Assembly: GCA_964016885.1 (NCBI GenBank)
Contig: OZ024747.1
Span: 53,692,001-53,756,000, forward strand
Direction of reading: 5' to 3'
From: Eledone cirrhosa
Lineage: Eukaryota
Length of the DNA stretch: 64,000 bases
The notes under the pieces were generated by a model that saw nothing but the letters and a program-made list of their open reading frames with translations, was not told where the DNA came from and searched no databases. Every line of letters starts with the position of its first letter. The first letter of the stretch is position 1. The translations under genes were made by a program, and so were the position numbers. Shown here piece by piece: positions 24,701 through 37,886 of the stretch.

Positions 24701-26875
24701 TATTGGTGGTGTTGTTGGTGGTAGTAGAGATGGTGGTATTGGTGGTAGTAGAGATGGTGGTATTGGTGGTAGTAGAGATGGTGGTATTGGTGGTGTTGTT
24801 GGTGGTAGTAGAAATGGTGGTATTGGTGGTAGTAGAGATGGTGGTATTGGTGGTGTTGTTGGTGGTAGTAGAGATGGTGGCATTGGTGGTAGTAGAGATG
24901 GTGGTATTGGTGGTAGTAGAGATGGTGGTATTGGTGGTGTTGTTGGTGGTAGTAGAGATGGTGGTATTGGTGGTAGTAGAGATGGTGGTATTGGTGGTAG
25001 TAGAGATGGTGGTATTGGTGGTGTTGTTGGTGGTAGTAGAGATGGTGGTATTGGTGGTAGTAGAGATGGTGGTATTGATGGTGTTGTCGGTGGTAGTAGA
25101 GATGGTGGTATTGGTGGTAGTAGTGATGGTAGTATTGGTGGTGTTGTTGGTGGTAGTAGAGATGGTGGTATTGGTGGTAGTAGAGATGGTGGTATTGGTG
25201 GTGTTGTTGGTGGTAGTAGAGATGGTGGTGTTGGTGGTAGTAGTGATGGTGGTATTGGTGGTGTTGTTGGTGGTAGTAGAGATGGTGGTATTGGTGGTAG
25301 TAGAGATGGTGGTATTGGTGGTGTTGTTGGTGGTAGTAGAGATGGTGGTATTGGTGGTTGTAGAGATGGTGGTATTGGTGGTAGTAGAGATGGTGTTGTT
25401 GGTGGTAGTAGAGATGGTGGTATTGGTGGTAGTAGTGATGGTAGTATTGGTGGTGTTGTTGGTGGTAGTAGAGATGGTGGTATTGGTGGTAGTAGAGATG
25501 GTGGTATTGGTGGTGTTGTTGGTGGTAGTAGAGATGGTGGTATTGGTGGTAGTAGTGAGGTGGTATTGGTGGTGTTGTTGGTGGTAGTAGAGATGGTGGT
25601 ATTGGTTGTAGTAGTGATGGTGGTATTGGTGGTGTTCTTGGTGGTAGTAGAGATGGTGGTATTGGTGGTAGTAGAGATGGTGGTATTGGTGGTAGTAGAG
25701 ATGGTGTTGTTGGTGGTAGTAGAGATGGTGGTATTGGTGGTAGTAGTGATGGTGGTATTGGTGGTAGTAGTGATGGCGGTATTGTTGGTGGCAGTAGAGA
25801 TGGTGGTATTGGTGGTAGTAGTGATGGTGGTATTGGTGGTAGTAGAGATGGTGGTATTGGTGGTGTTGTTGGTGGCAGTAGAGATGGTGGTATTGGTGGT
25901 AGTATTGATGGTGGTATTGGTGGTAGTAGAGATGGTGGTATTGGTGGTGTTGTTGGTGGTAGTACAGATGGTGGTATTGGTGGTGTTGTTGGTGGTAGTA
26001 GAGATGGTGGTATTGGTGGTAGTAGTGATGGTGGTATTGGTGGTAGTAGAGATGGTGGTATTGGTGGTGTTTTTGGTGGTGGTATTGGTGGTAGTAGTGA
26101 TGGTGGTATTGGTGGTGTTGTTGGTGGTAGTAGAGATGGTGTTATTGGTGGTGTTGTTGGTGGTAGTAGAGATGGTGGTATTGGTGGTGTTGTTGGTAGT
26201 AGTAGAGATGGTGGTGTTGGTGGTAGTAGAGATGGTTGTATTGGTGGTGTTGTTGGTGGTAGTAGAGATGGTGGTATTGGTGGTAGTAGTGATGGTGGTA
26301 TTGGTGGTGTTGTTGGTGGTAGTAGAGATGGTGGTATTGGTGGTAGTAGTGATGGTGGTATTGGTGGTAGTGGAGATGGTGGTATTGGTGGTGTTGTTGG
26401 TGGTAGTAGAGATGGTGGTATTGGTGGTAGTAGTGATGGTGGTATTGGTGGTGTTGTTGGTGGTAGTAGAGATGGTGGTATTGGTGGTAGTAGAGATGTT
26501 GGTATTGGTGGTGTTGTTGGTGGTAGTAGAGATGGTGGTATTGGTGGTAGTAGTGATGGTGGTATTGGTGGTGTTGTTGGTGGTAGTAGAGATGGTGGTA
26601 TTGGTGGTAGTAGTGATGGTGGTATTGGTGGTGTTGTTGGTGGTAGTAGAGATGGTGGTATTGGTGGTAGTAGTGATGGTGGTATTGGTGGTGTTGTTGG
26701 TGGTAGTAGAGATGGTGGTATTGGTGGTAGTAGTGATGGTGGTATTGGTGGTGTTGTTGGTGGTAGTAGAGATGGTGGTATTGGTGGTAGTAGATATGTT
26801 GGTATTGGTGGTGTTGTTGGTGGTAGTAGAGATGGTGGTATTGGTGGTAGTAGAGATGTTGGTATTGGTGGTGAT
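21786..26875. repeat. ~5.1-kb minisatellite of 21-bp units with optional 12-bp inserts
   Basis: Unit gtagtagagatggtggtattg with ggtggtgttgtt inserts. Confidence 0.97.
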
Positions 26876-27022
26876 GCTGGTTATGGTAGTGGTAGCAGTG
26901 GCATGCTTTTTTTACACAGAGATTTATCAATGCAGCAACTATGCTGTAAAACAATTTATGAGTGCACAAACTAAATCATATGTAGAAACCAAGAAAAAAT
27001 AAAACACAATATTACTACTACA

Positions 27023-27074
<52 letters not shown>

Positions 27075-27508
27075 TTACTACTACTACTACTACTACTAAT
27101 AATAATAATGATGTATGAAATAAATAGAACTCTGAGAAATAATATTTTTGCATTTTATTTTGGTTTTCCATCATGTGTGTGTGTTTGTGTGCATCTGTGT
27201 GTGTGTGTGTTTGTATGTATGTGTGTGTAAGCATTTGTGGCTGTATGTACATGCATCTGCATGCATATATGTTCTATCTTCTCTGCTTTTTTTCTTTTTT
27301 TTTAAACAAAAAAACAAAACAAAGTCAAGATCTATCTCCTATGGAACAGAGTTTTAATAGTGAAGTTCAATCTACATTGAATGCAGCTGCTGCATCTAAC
27401 AGTGAACTGAATAGGATGTAGGTGTATATATATATATATATGGTGGTGGTATTGGTGGTATTGGTATATGTATATATATATATGCGTGTGTATATATATA
27501 TACACTAG

Positions 27509-27730
27509 TGAAGGCGTGTGGCTGAGTGGTTAGAGAATTGTATTCGCAATCGTAAGGTTGTGAGTTCGATTCCTGGACCAGGCGATGCGTTATGTCCTTG
27601 AGCAAGACACTTTATTTCACGTTGCTCCTTCTACCTGGAGTTGCGACCGATAGATAGTATTAGCAATTGGAAAGACCAACGGAAACATTGTTCCCTCGGT
27701 CCGATTTGACAAAAAAGTCGATCGTTCCTG
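27509..27730 (+). mobile_element. tRNA-headed CORE-like SINE with a non-RTE 3' part
   Basis: A-box tggctgagtggt, B-box gagttcgattcc, tgtccttgagcaagacactttatttcac as in 48896-49020, then unrelated CpG-rich sequence. Confidence 0.75.
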
Positions 27731-27839
27731 ATATATATATATATTTATATATATGTGTATATATATTATACTTGGGGAGGGTCATATTGTTGTACAAAAC
27801 AAATTCATGTGTATATCTATATATATATGTGTGTATATA

Positions 27840-27888
<49 letters not shown>

Positions 27889-27937
27889 GAATCATCATCA
27901 TTTTACGTCTGCTTTTCCCTGCTTGCAAGGATATATA

Positions 27938-28336
27938 TACGAGGGTAATCCCAAAAGTAAGGTCTCCAAAGCGATGGGGACACAGAGAAACTGTTCGTAT
28001 GGCTGTTTGCAACACTGTTGTGATTGGTGTTTCCTTCACTCCCAAACAAGCATGCGTGCGCTTTGCTGGGATGCTGAATCTTGGCTTGGCAGCCGTTGTG
28101 AATGGAGCTCCCGTTGAACGCTACCGTCAAGTGCGAATTTAGCGCAGTTATTATATACGAGGGCAATCCCCAAATGTAAGGTCTCCTTCCGAGGAAAACA
28201 TACGTAATGATCGGCGGATCACTCTGGATGCCCTCTGCATTTTGGTTGCTGAGGTTTCCCTAAGCACCATCCACAGGATTTTAACGGAAAAGTTGCAATA
28301 TAGGAAGGAGACCTTACTTTTGGGATTGCCCTCGTA
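27938..28336 (+). mobile_element. mariner remnant: 5' end with transposase start, followed by a TIR-bounded mini-element of the same family
   Basis: TIR tacgagggtaatcccaaaagtaaggtctcc at 27938 and 28156, inverted at 28307-28336; peptides [17 protein letters not shown] and [12 protein letters not shown]...[17 protein letters not shown] (mariner HTH region). Confidence 0.85.
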
Positions 28337-29187
<851 letters not shown>

Positions 29188-29566
29188 TTTAATCACTATC
29201 ACTACTATTGTTACTATCAGTATATTAACGGTGGTGATGATGGTGGTGGTGTTTCTTTTTATTTCTAAAATGGAAGTGGTCTGATAAATGGAATGATTTT
29301 CTAACATGCTATCAAAGCGTTATTAAAGTATTCTATTGCAAAAACAAATCACTTTTAAAAGAAGACATTGCTTTTGGGGGCTGTTGGAGTTTTATTTTTG
29401 TTGGTACTGTTGTTGTTACTGTTTTTATACTGATGTTGTTGCTGCTTTGTTCGTTATTTGTTCATTGGTTTAATTTATATGTTTATGATGTGTGTGCATA
29501 TATAATATATATATGCACCCATGTATTATATGTGTATATATATGTCTGTATCTACATACTTGTGTG

Positions 29567-29651
<85 letters not shown>

Positions 29652-29680
29652 GCCTGTATCTATATGCTTGTATATATATA

Positions 29681-29713
<33 letters not shown>

Positions 29714-31027
29714 GTGTGTGTGTATAAATATAATAATCTTTTATTTTTGGGTTTTTCTTTTCAGAAGATGAAAATGTCAAAATATATTTCTTCCTGACAT
29801 AAAATGTGCAGTGTTAGTTGCATGTTGCATAATGTTGCATGCTGACAATGGAATCAGAGGAGAAACCTTCACACACATACAGACCCAACAACAACAACAA
29901 CATTTAACTTGTCCTTTCTCTCTCTTCAACTTTTCCAACCATAATGGAGTCATCATAATCTATGGATCTTTCCCTGGAATCTCGTTTTCATTCAAATATT
30001 TTTTCCATTTTTCTTTACTATTTTGTTCTTAAGATGTTTGTTTGTTTTATTTTTCTTTCCTTGCGTTAATTTTGCATTTTCAGTTATATTTACCTACAAG
30101 TACACAATCAGAGTTCTTTTCTAGAAACTAGATGAAGGCAGACGAGTTGGGAGACCAGCCATCATAGCGAAAGATGTTCTCAAACATTTGGGGCCCCCCG
30201 CCTCCGTCACGGCCACGTAATACCCTATTTTCAGAGAGATCTGCCTCCACACAATTTGGAAATAATATGTAATAAATAAAATTGCTAATTTATATATAAT
30301 AAATATAATATATCCTATTTATCAATAAATAATATATATTTTTTATTCTATATTTATATATAATATGTATCATTTGATATTTAATATAATATTATCTCAT
30401 CTCTACCGCCTCCTTAGCCCCCCCCCCCCCCCCGCAGATCTTCTGAACAATCTCCAGATGGGAGCAGTAGACACCACTTTAAGAACCTCTGTTCTAGAAG
30501 ATGACACAGGGTTGGAACAACTTCGCCATGGCATTGTCTTCTCGCTCAGTCTCAGACTGGTTAGCAGATCTGGTGGAAGAAAGCAATAGATCGTCACCTT
30601 CGTCGCTCATTTTCCCCCAAGATCTACCTACACGGCTCATGCCCTTCACACCACACATTGGCGGATCACGCCCCCGTCTGTTGCTGGTAACGGATGCATA
30701 GCTGTCATAATCAGTTGAATTAAATTTGGTTGTGATTATCTGCTAGCTTAACTAGTGTCGTACAGGGGTAAATAAATCACGAATAATTTCCGATGTCTTT
30801 GACTTCCATATTTGTTCAAAACACACCAACAGCAACGGGAAAATGTCACCACAAAACAGAAGAATTCCGATTAACTAACTAAAAATCTAAAATATGTAAT
30901 GAATATATTAGATTAAATAGATATACATGCATATAATCAATTAATTGTGGTCTGGAACCTTATAGATTTAATACGCACATATATATATAATCAAATCCCC
31001 CCAAAAAGCATCAAGTTTGTCAACCGA

Positions 31028-31212
31028 TCAAACACGACGAGGGTCAACGAAAGTGTTTTTTAGGCAAGCCAACACGCTGGCAGCATTACTACGGGTGACG
31101 GCAAGACTAAAGCGCCGAAACAACCAAATATATCCACGGACATCACCTAGCACCTTGGTAAGGCGAGCCGCTAAAGATGACAAGAACTTCGCTGCCAACG
31201 GCCCAGACACCT
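31028..31212 (-). pseudogene. C-terminal fragment of a CRE-clade (restriction-like endonuclease) non-LTR retrotransposon ORF
   Basis: VSGPLAAKFLSSLAARLTKVLGDVRGYIWLFRRFSLAVTRSNAASVLA fits the recalled CRE C-terminal pattern GxxGPxAxxFLxxLGxRLxxxTGDxRxxxWLxQRxSLAVxRGNAASIL. Confidence 0.7.
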
Positions 31213-32269
31213 ACGAAAAGAAACGAATAAATTCTTACTATTTTGCAGGCCAGAACCTTTCAAAACCTGCCTGAAACTATAGGAAAAACATTAATTTTAC
31301 GTTTAAAGCGAGACGGATAAAATTGTGAAGAAAATCCGATGATGCGTCCTCGCCCCTAATTAACTAAAAACCTAACAATTTTTGGCGGTTTTGAAAGTCA
31401 GTTTCAATCAAGACACTTAAAAACCATAGGAAACAAAAATTTTATATTCAACACGAGCTGGGAGTAGTTGTAAAACAATTACATTCTTTTCTTTTATATA
31501 TATACTTGTAATATAATATAAGTCTTATATCATCAATGCTTAATCTTCAGTTTGTAACACAGGATGCTCTATCAAGAACAATTTAAATGTATGTAATTTA
31601 CATACTACAAATGCCGACAAAGGAATTCAATGAATTTATTTTAATTATAAAAATGATCAGGCCATTCTACATGGGATTACACTTTAATTGAAACAAAATA
31701 ACACGAGCACCAACAGTAAATAGCAATAACTTTCAAAAGACACCTGAAAGTATGATTGGTCCGTTGTTAGGGTGAGGGAATGGATCGTACCATAAGGCAA
31801 TCATAAAGTTACCATTACAAAACGATCGATAATAAAAATAAGAGATCACATTAAAAAGACAAAACTAAACAAGTATTTTAAGCAGTTCAAGTTCAACTTA
31901 AAGTAGTAAAAGAAGTACAAGAAGTGGAATGCACCCATAAGTTTTTAAAATCAAATCTAAGACAAGCACAGTGAACCAAGGTCAATCAAGAATGATTAAG
32001 AAATATATTTTAAATAACAGCTACACAATCATACATTCGTAAACTTCAAAGTGTTTTCTACATGAATTGTTAATTAGAATAATTTCGCTAAGAAAATCAT
32101 TTACTCTCGGGTCCCAAATAATGGCTGGTTGGGGGCTTGGAATAAGCGGTGAGGTTGGACATTTGCTTAAATTCTTATAAGTGGTGTGTGTGGAGGAATC
32201 AGCGATTGTATAGTGTATATTCGTAAATATGGGATTTCTTGTAATGGTTTTTAATGTAAAATTAAACTA

Positions 32270-32378
32270 TTCCCGCCGAGGTTAACTTTGCCTTTCATCC
32301 TTACGGAGTCGATAAAATAAAGTACCAGTAATACACTGAATAATTGCTGGCCTTGTGCCAAAAGTAGAAACAATTATT
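32270..32378 (+). mobile_element. 5'-truncated tRNA-SINE (Meta-like family)
   Basis: tcccgccgaggttaactttgcctttcatcc...gtagaaacaattatt. Confidence 0.82.
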
Positions 32379-32949
32379 AGATTTTCCAGCTGCTGTATCA
32401 ATATGAATCACCTACTATAACATTTCAACAGATAGAGTATAAAAATGTAATAAGCAGGGGTGTGGCAGACGATTATTCAAGACCTAAAAATATGTTCATC
32501 GTTCATAAAATGACATTTAGTATTTTGCTAAACCGTTCCTTTACGTTTAGTGTTAAAAATTTACAATATCTTTGATTATCATTAAGATTACGAAAGTAAC
32601 ATGGAACAATATACAATAAAGTGCTGTGGATGAACAAAGAAAAAAAAAACGACTTTCTAACAATCCAGAATGCCATTTGATTGAACAACAACTAACGAAC
32701 TTTTTTTCTTAAAGGTTTTAATTACCTATTGAGATAATTAGATTTCGTGTTACTTCAGGCCACCTTAATTTATCATGGCTTGTCTCAAAGTGTTCCAATG
32801 ACCCTATATGTGCGGCCGAATGTCGCATTTGGTGGTGAATTGAAGGTCGTTTTATTTAATCTTATATTTTTGTTAAGTATTGTATATTTATTTATACAAT
32901 TGTGAATAAAGATAGATCGATTATCATTGAACTCAACTTAGAAAAATAA

Positions 32950-33335
32950 TAATTGTTTCTACATTTGGTACAAGGTCAGCAATTATCCCAGTGCATTACT
33001 GGTACTTTATTTTATCGACCCCGTACGGATGAAAGGCAAAGTTAACCTCGGCGGGATTTGAACTCAGACCGTTAAGGGGCGTAACTTTATACTACAAAGC
33101 ACGGCATCTGTCCCTCTACCGATACTGCCAATCCACCGCCCTAAGAAAAATAATAATTGTTTCTAATTTAGGCACAAGGCCAGAAATTACCCAGTTCATT
33201 ACTGGTACTTTATTTTATCGACCCCGTAAGGATGAAAGGCAAAGTCAACCTCGGCGGGATTTGAACTCAGATCGTAAAGGGACGTAACTATGCTGGAAAG
33301 CATGGCGTCCGACCCTCTACTGATACTGCCAATCC
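32950..33335 (-). mobile_element. Two tandem tRNA-SINE copies (Meta-like family)
   Basis: Both preceded by agaaaaataataattg. Confidence 0.87.
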
Positions 33336-33667
33336 ATCACTAATACTTTGGTAAAGAACAAATTTGGTTTCAATTTCCGATAAACAACGTTATAAGTTGC
33401 ATTGCGACCAGAATTATAGACGCAGTCTATATACACATAACTAACATATATGCAGTGGTGGACTGGGTCTAAAAATATTGGTTGCCAGGAGATGAAGGGG
33501 CTCACCAACATATAGAACGCTGTCATTTAATTTTTATAATGAATAAATAATATTTTCAAAAAATACATAAGTGGAAACAAAACAGTGCAATCAAATTTTT
33601 GCGGAAAAATAGCTTACCTTTTCCAATAAAAATTATTATGTATTTTGCGAAATCCAGAGACTTTCAA

Positions 33668-33842
33668 TAATTGTTTCTACTTTTGGCACAAGGCCAGCAA
33701 TTATCCAGTGCATTACTGGTACTTTATTTTATCGACCCCGTAAGGCAGAGTTAACCACGTCAGGATTTGAACTCAGAATGGCAAGGGCCGTAACTCTATG
33801 CGTCAAAGCATGGCGTCCGACCCTCTACCGATACTGCCAATC
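33668..33842 (-). mobile_element. tRNA-SINE copy with TSD
   Basis: cag(a/g)gactttcaataa on both sides (~33655 and ~33842). Confidence 0.85.
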
Positions 33843-34012
33843 AGGGACTTTCAATAAGGAGTCTTTCACACTCACTATATATATATATATAGTTAAATCC
33901 ATGTAGGCAGATATCATTTTAAATTGCAGTACCTCATTACTTAAAAAAATATCAAAGTAGAAAAAAAAATGAACCTGAATGAGCACAAGTGAAACACATC
34001 CCTTCATGGCAT

Positions 34013-34110
34013 ACGATGTTAGTAACTCTTATAAATAATTTTCTTTCTTTTGTGGTGTCTGACGATGTTAGTAACTCTTATAAATAATTTTCTTTCTTTT
34101 GTGGTGTCTG
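34013..34110. repeat. Exact 49-bp tandem duplication
   Basis: acgatgttagtaactcttataaataattttctttcttttgtggtgtctg x2. Confidence 0.93.
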
Positions 34111-35811
34111 ACCGATTGACGGACTTAGTGTTGAATTGGTGGGGTTTTTTTCTCGCTTTCATTATGTATTTTCGTGTATTATAATTATAAGGTTCCTAGT
34201 AATAATTAATTGATTATATGTATGTATTTCTATTTAAATTTATATATTTGTTATATGATAACAAACCTGTTAAATATTTTAAAGACAATTACATGTGGTG
34301 GTGGAATTTTGATGTGATAGTTGTTGAGGCAAAACAACACATACGCATGAGTAAGAGGCTGGAATAACCAAGCACCTTCGACGATACCACTTAATATGTC
34401 AGTGTGGTAAGTTGCCAACAATTACAACAACCTTGATGTCAATGACCCAGCTTCACGAAATGTTTAAACATTTTTTTTTTTTTCTAACGTTAAATTCTGA
34501 TTTCTTTTGTAGCTTGACATAGATTTTCACGATAAAAAACTATACATAAACAAATTATGTCAGCCATATTTTACACAACGAAGTTATATAATGATGGAAT
34601 ATGAAAAAAAGAAAAGATAAAAACGAAACTAAGCAATGAACAGAGAGTGAAGGTGTAAAAAAGAGTAGAAAAGGACTATAAATGCCATAAATGAGAGGAA
34701 AAATGAAGGACTATTACGTAAAGTTGGATTTGATTTTGATTTTTGTCTCAGCTTTCGAATATAAATACGGTAGATATCTAGCGTTATGATAAGTATTTCT
34801 AGAAATCTTCCCAACAAAATCTGCCAGAAATCACAATTTACAATAATAAATAAATGACAGACACATTATATAATGTAGCCCTAGATACCATAATGATTTT
34901 AATAAATCCCTCAAAATTCTTCATTAGTTAATTGAATTAAAGTGTATTTCATGCGAAATATGGTAAAAAAAAAAAGGATGAAAAACACACAAGAAACGTT
35001 TTAAAATGGAACCCAATAGAAAGTCAGTAAAAACTGCAAATATCAACAGTAACAACACTACAAAGTATATTCATGCATATTTTAAGATGTAACGAAAGAT
35101 GCCTCAAAATATTCCGTTGACCCTTGTGATGTGCGGTCAATTGTCGCATTTGGTGGTGAATTGATGGTCGTTTTTTTTCCCTCTTTTTTTTTTCTTTCTC
35201 TTCATCTGGTCATATATTTTGGGGCGTTGTATTTGTGAGGTTCCTAGCAACAGTTAATTGTATTTATATGTGTTTATATTTGTGTTTATGTTTTCAATCT
35301 AAAAGAATTGTGAACAACTTGTAATGTTATTTATGTATATACTTAAAACTTAATAAAATGATTGCACTACCAACGAAAAGAGTTTATTAGGAAGGTCGTC
35401 TGACTATAAAATACTACCTCAGTGGATGGTTTTCGTCCTGGCAGAAGCACTGTCATTTACTGGCTGCGTTTCATCATGGAACTAGTACTATCATTTCACT
35501 GAGTAGATTGGGTTCTTCTGCATTACTTCATTACATTGTCATGCAGGGTGGGGTTGAGGCTGGGATACCAGCATTAAACTGGAGGAGGGGGTCATGGTAT
35601 CCCCAGTTTCCCTTGATGGCATCAAATGGGGTGTATACATAATTGGGGCAAGTTGTTGGGTGGCTGGTGGGGTGTATATATAAGGCTTGGGGCAAGTTGT
35701 TGGGTGGCTGCTGTCTGTCATTTTGAGATTTGCTAGGCTTTCCTTGGTCAGGAGAGTGTTGGAAGTGCAAGGCCTCAGCAGTGAAGGTGAATTAACCAAG
35801 GTTCCTCCTAG

Positions 35812-36409
35812 ATTTCCATGCTAGCATGGGTTGAGCAAAGAAGTCAGGAGTACATTGGCAGGTGAGGAATTGAGAGACGTTCCATCATCCTGTTTTTTCA
35901 AGGTTTAGGGTGGAGAAGGGGAACAGGCGCATGCTGGTTGGAATTCAAAAGGATGTAGGTGGGTAAGCTATTTTTGTGCTGCTTGAATCCACTTGTGTGG
36001 GAAAGTGAGTTCCTTGTATCATGGGATAACTCCAATTTTCTAAGTCCGAAGTTATCACTTTTGTGAGGCTCAGCTGCACAAAGTTGGCCCTCACCACATC
36101 ATCTCAGATTTTCCTAGGTCTCCTCCTTTATGGAGATATCAACATTTATATGTATTACATGTCCATACCATCACAGTCCTCTCCTGAATGCTGCATCCTA
36201 TGTCTTTTATGTCCATGATACTTCATCACTCATGTATACTACAATTAAACAACCATCAAAGCATGCTCACCTTATTTCTTTCCAATCTTTGTAAGTCCTA
36301 TGTACACAGAACTCACATCTCTCTGCAATGTAGCATTGCTATTCGCGTGCAAGCACCATACACTGCCTTTCACCCTGAGAGGGAAACCCTTTGTAGCTAA
36401 CAATGGTAG

Positions 36410-36415
<6 letters not shown>
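35812..36415 (-). pseudogene. Degraded, internally deleted RTE 3' fragment
   Basis: 36320-36415 is the reverse complement of a homologue of LINE nt ~1435-1535; 36070-36130 matches the GRPRKTW region; ttccatgctagcatgggtt tail at ~35813. Confidence 0.7.
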
Positions 36416-36448
<33 letters not shown>

Positions 36449-37886
36449 ACACACATATGCACACACACATAGAAGGTAATAAGATTTTGTGTAATTATAT
36501 CTCTGTGTGTTGTCTTTTTTAATCTTGTTATACACATACAATATATATATATATATAGATACGCAGTATTATTTATTTTTTTTACTTTCTGCTATATCAA
36601 TGTTATCAATAAAATTTACAAGTCAATGTCATGGTTAGTTATATTTTTTCATTTAGTTGTGTCTGTCATGTTGTATGTATGTGTATGTGGAAGAATGTAT
36701 CTTTTCAAGTCCATTTGAAGTGGACAGTATAATAAACAAAAAAACACAAGGTGACACTAAGAAAAACAAACAATATTAATATATTTGATTAAAATATAAA
36801 TGACAAGAATGCAAGGAAACAAAAGATTTTCTTTTTGTTTGTTTCTTTTGTTATTTGTTTTTGTTTTTTTAAAGTATTTTTCAAAGATAAAAGTGATTTT
36901 TATATGATACAATAATAAACAGAGGGAAATATCGACAAGATCAAAGGTATTCTTTGATCAAAGACAAGAATTAATGACCATTTATCTTCATCTTTTGATA
37001 CCACTTTCTTATTTTCATTTTGTTTGTTTTTCTATATTTAAAGGGTTTTTATTTTTATATTTTTTAATTCGTTATCAAATTAAATTGTAGAAAGCTTTGC
37101 TTAATACTTTCAGCTGCAAAGAATTGTCAAAGAGGAAGAATTGAAACCAATTATTCTATATATGTATATATATATATATATTCATGTATATATATGTATG
37201 TGTGTGTGTGTGGTCTTATTCTTTTGTTTTTTGCTATCTTATGGTGACATTGCAAAAATAAGAAAGTATCAGTTGATGTGGTGTTCGGGGAGGAATTCCA
37301 AGCAACAATTCTTTGCCTTTAACAAAACATTGTAATTTGTTTTATTGAGTAAGTGTAGACGTGGTTTATGTGAAAGTGGACAGCTAAATAGCAGAATTCA
37401 CAAGCCATCAGATAGAATCCCATGTAGTATGTAGTCTGACAATCTGATTACTAAATTGAAATACCAGCAATATCATTTTTATCTTACATTCTTTCAGGGT
37501 TGATAAATATAGTACCAGTTCTATACTGGTATCAATTCCTCTCTTTCTCTCTCTGGTAAAATCTGGAGAGAGATGGGCACAGCCAAGTTTAAAATAGTCA
37601 AGCCATGTTGTATGCCATGACAGTGCTCCTGTAACTCCATTAATAGTTAAGGAATCTGCAGTAGTAAAGCCTAGTGGTCAGAGTGCTGGTTTCACAAGTC
37701 TAAGGTTGTGAGATATATACCCAGATGGGAAGCTTATTCAATTCTTGAGCATATGTATAATATTTATTAGTAACCACACAACACCTTTGTCACTTATAAT
37801 ATATCATCATCTTCGTTTAACGTCCATTTTCCATGCTAGCATGGGTTAGACATATATATATGCATATATATGCATATATATATATA

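Noticed and set aside
20513-27002. Very long Val-, His- or Gly-rich ORFs
   Set aside because: Triplet-based minisatellite open in several frames, with frameshifts at 22510, 22905, 23447 and 24535 showing no frame constraint
27512-27585. Possible tRNA gene (also ~37887 and ~48900)
   Set aside because: A/B boxes run directly into the SINE body; no clean cloverleaf or terminator
30085-30500. Plus-strand micro-intron model (KLDEGRRVGRPAIIAKDVLKHLGPP...)
   Set aside because: Ends in early stops and is less coherent than the minus-strand model; it also shows that short GT-AG pairs arise easily by chance, which tempers the island finding
33454-33510. hAT-like terminus cagtggtggactggg
   Set aside because: No matching inverted end or 8-bp TSD found
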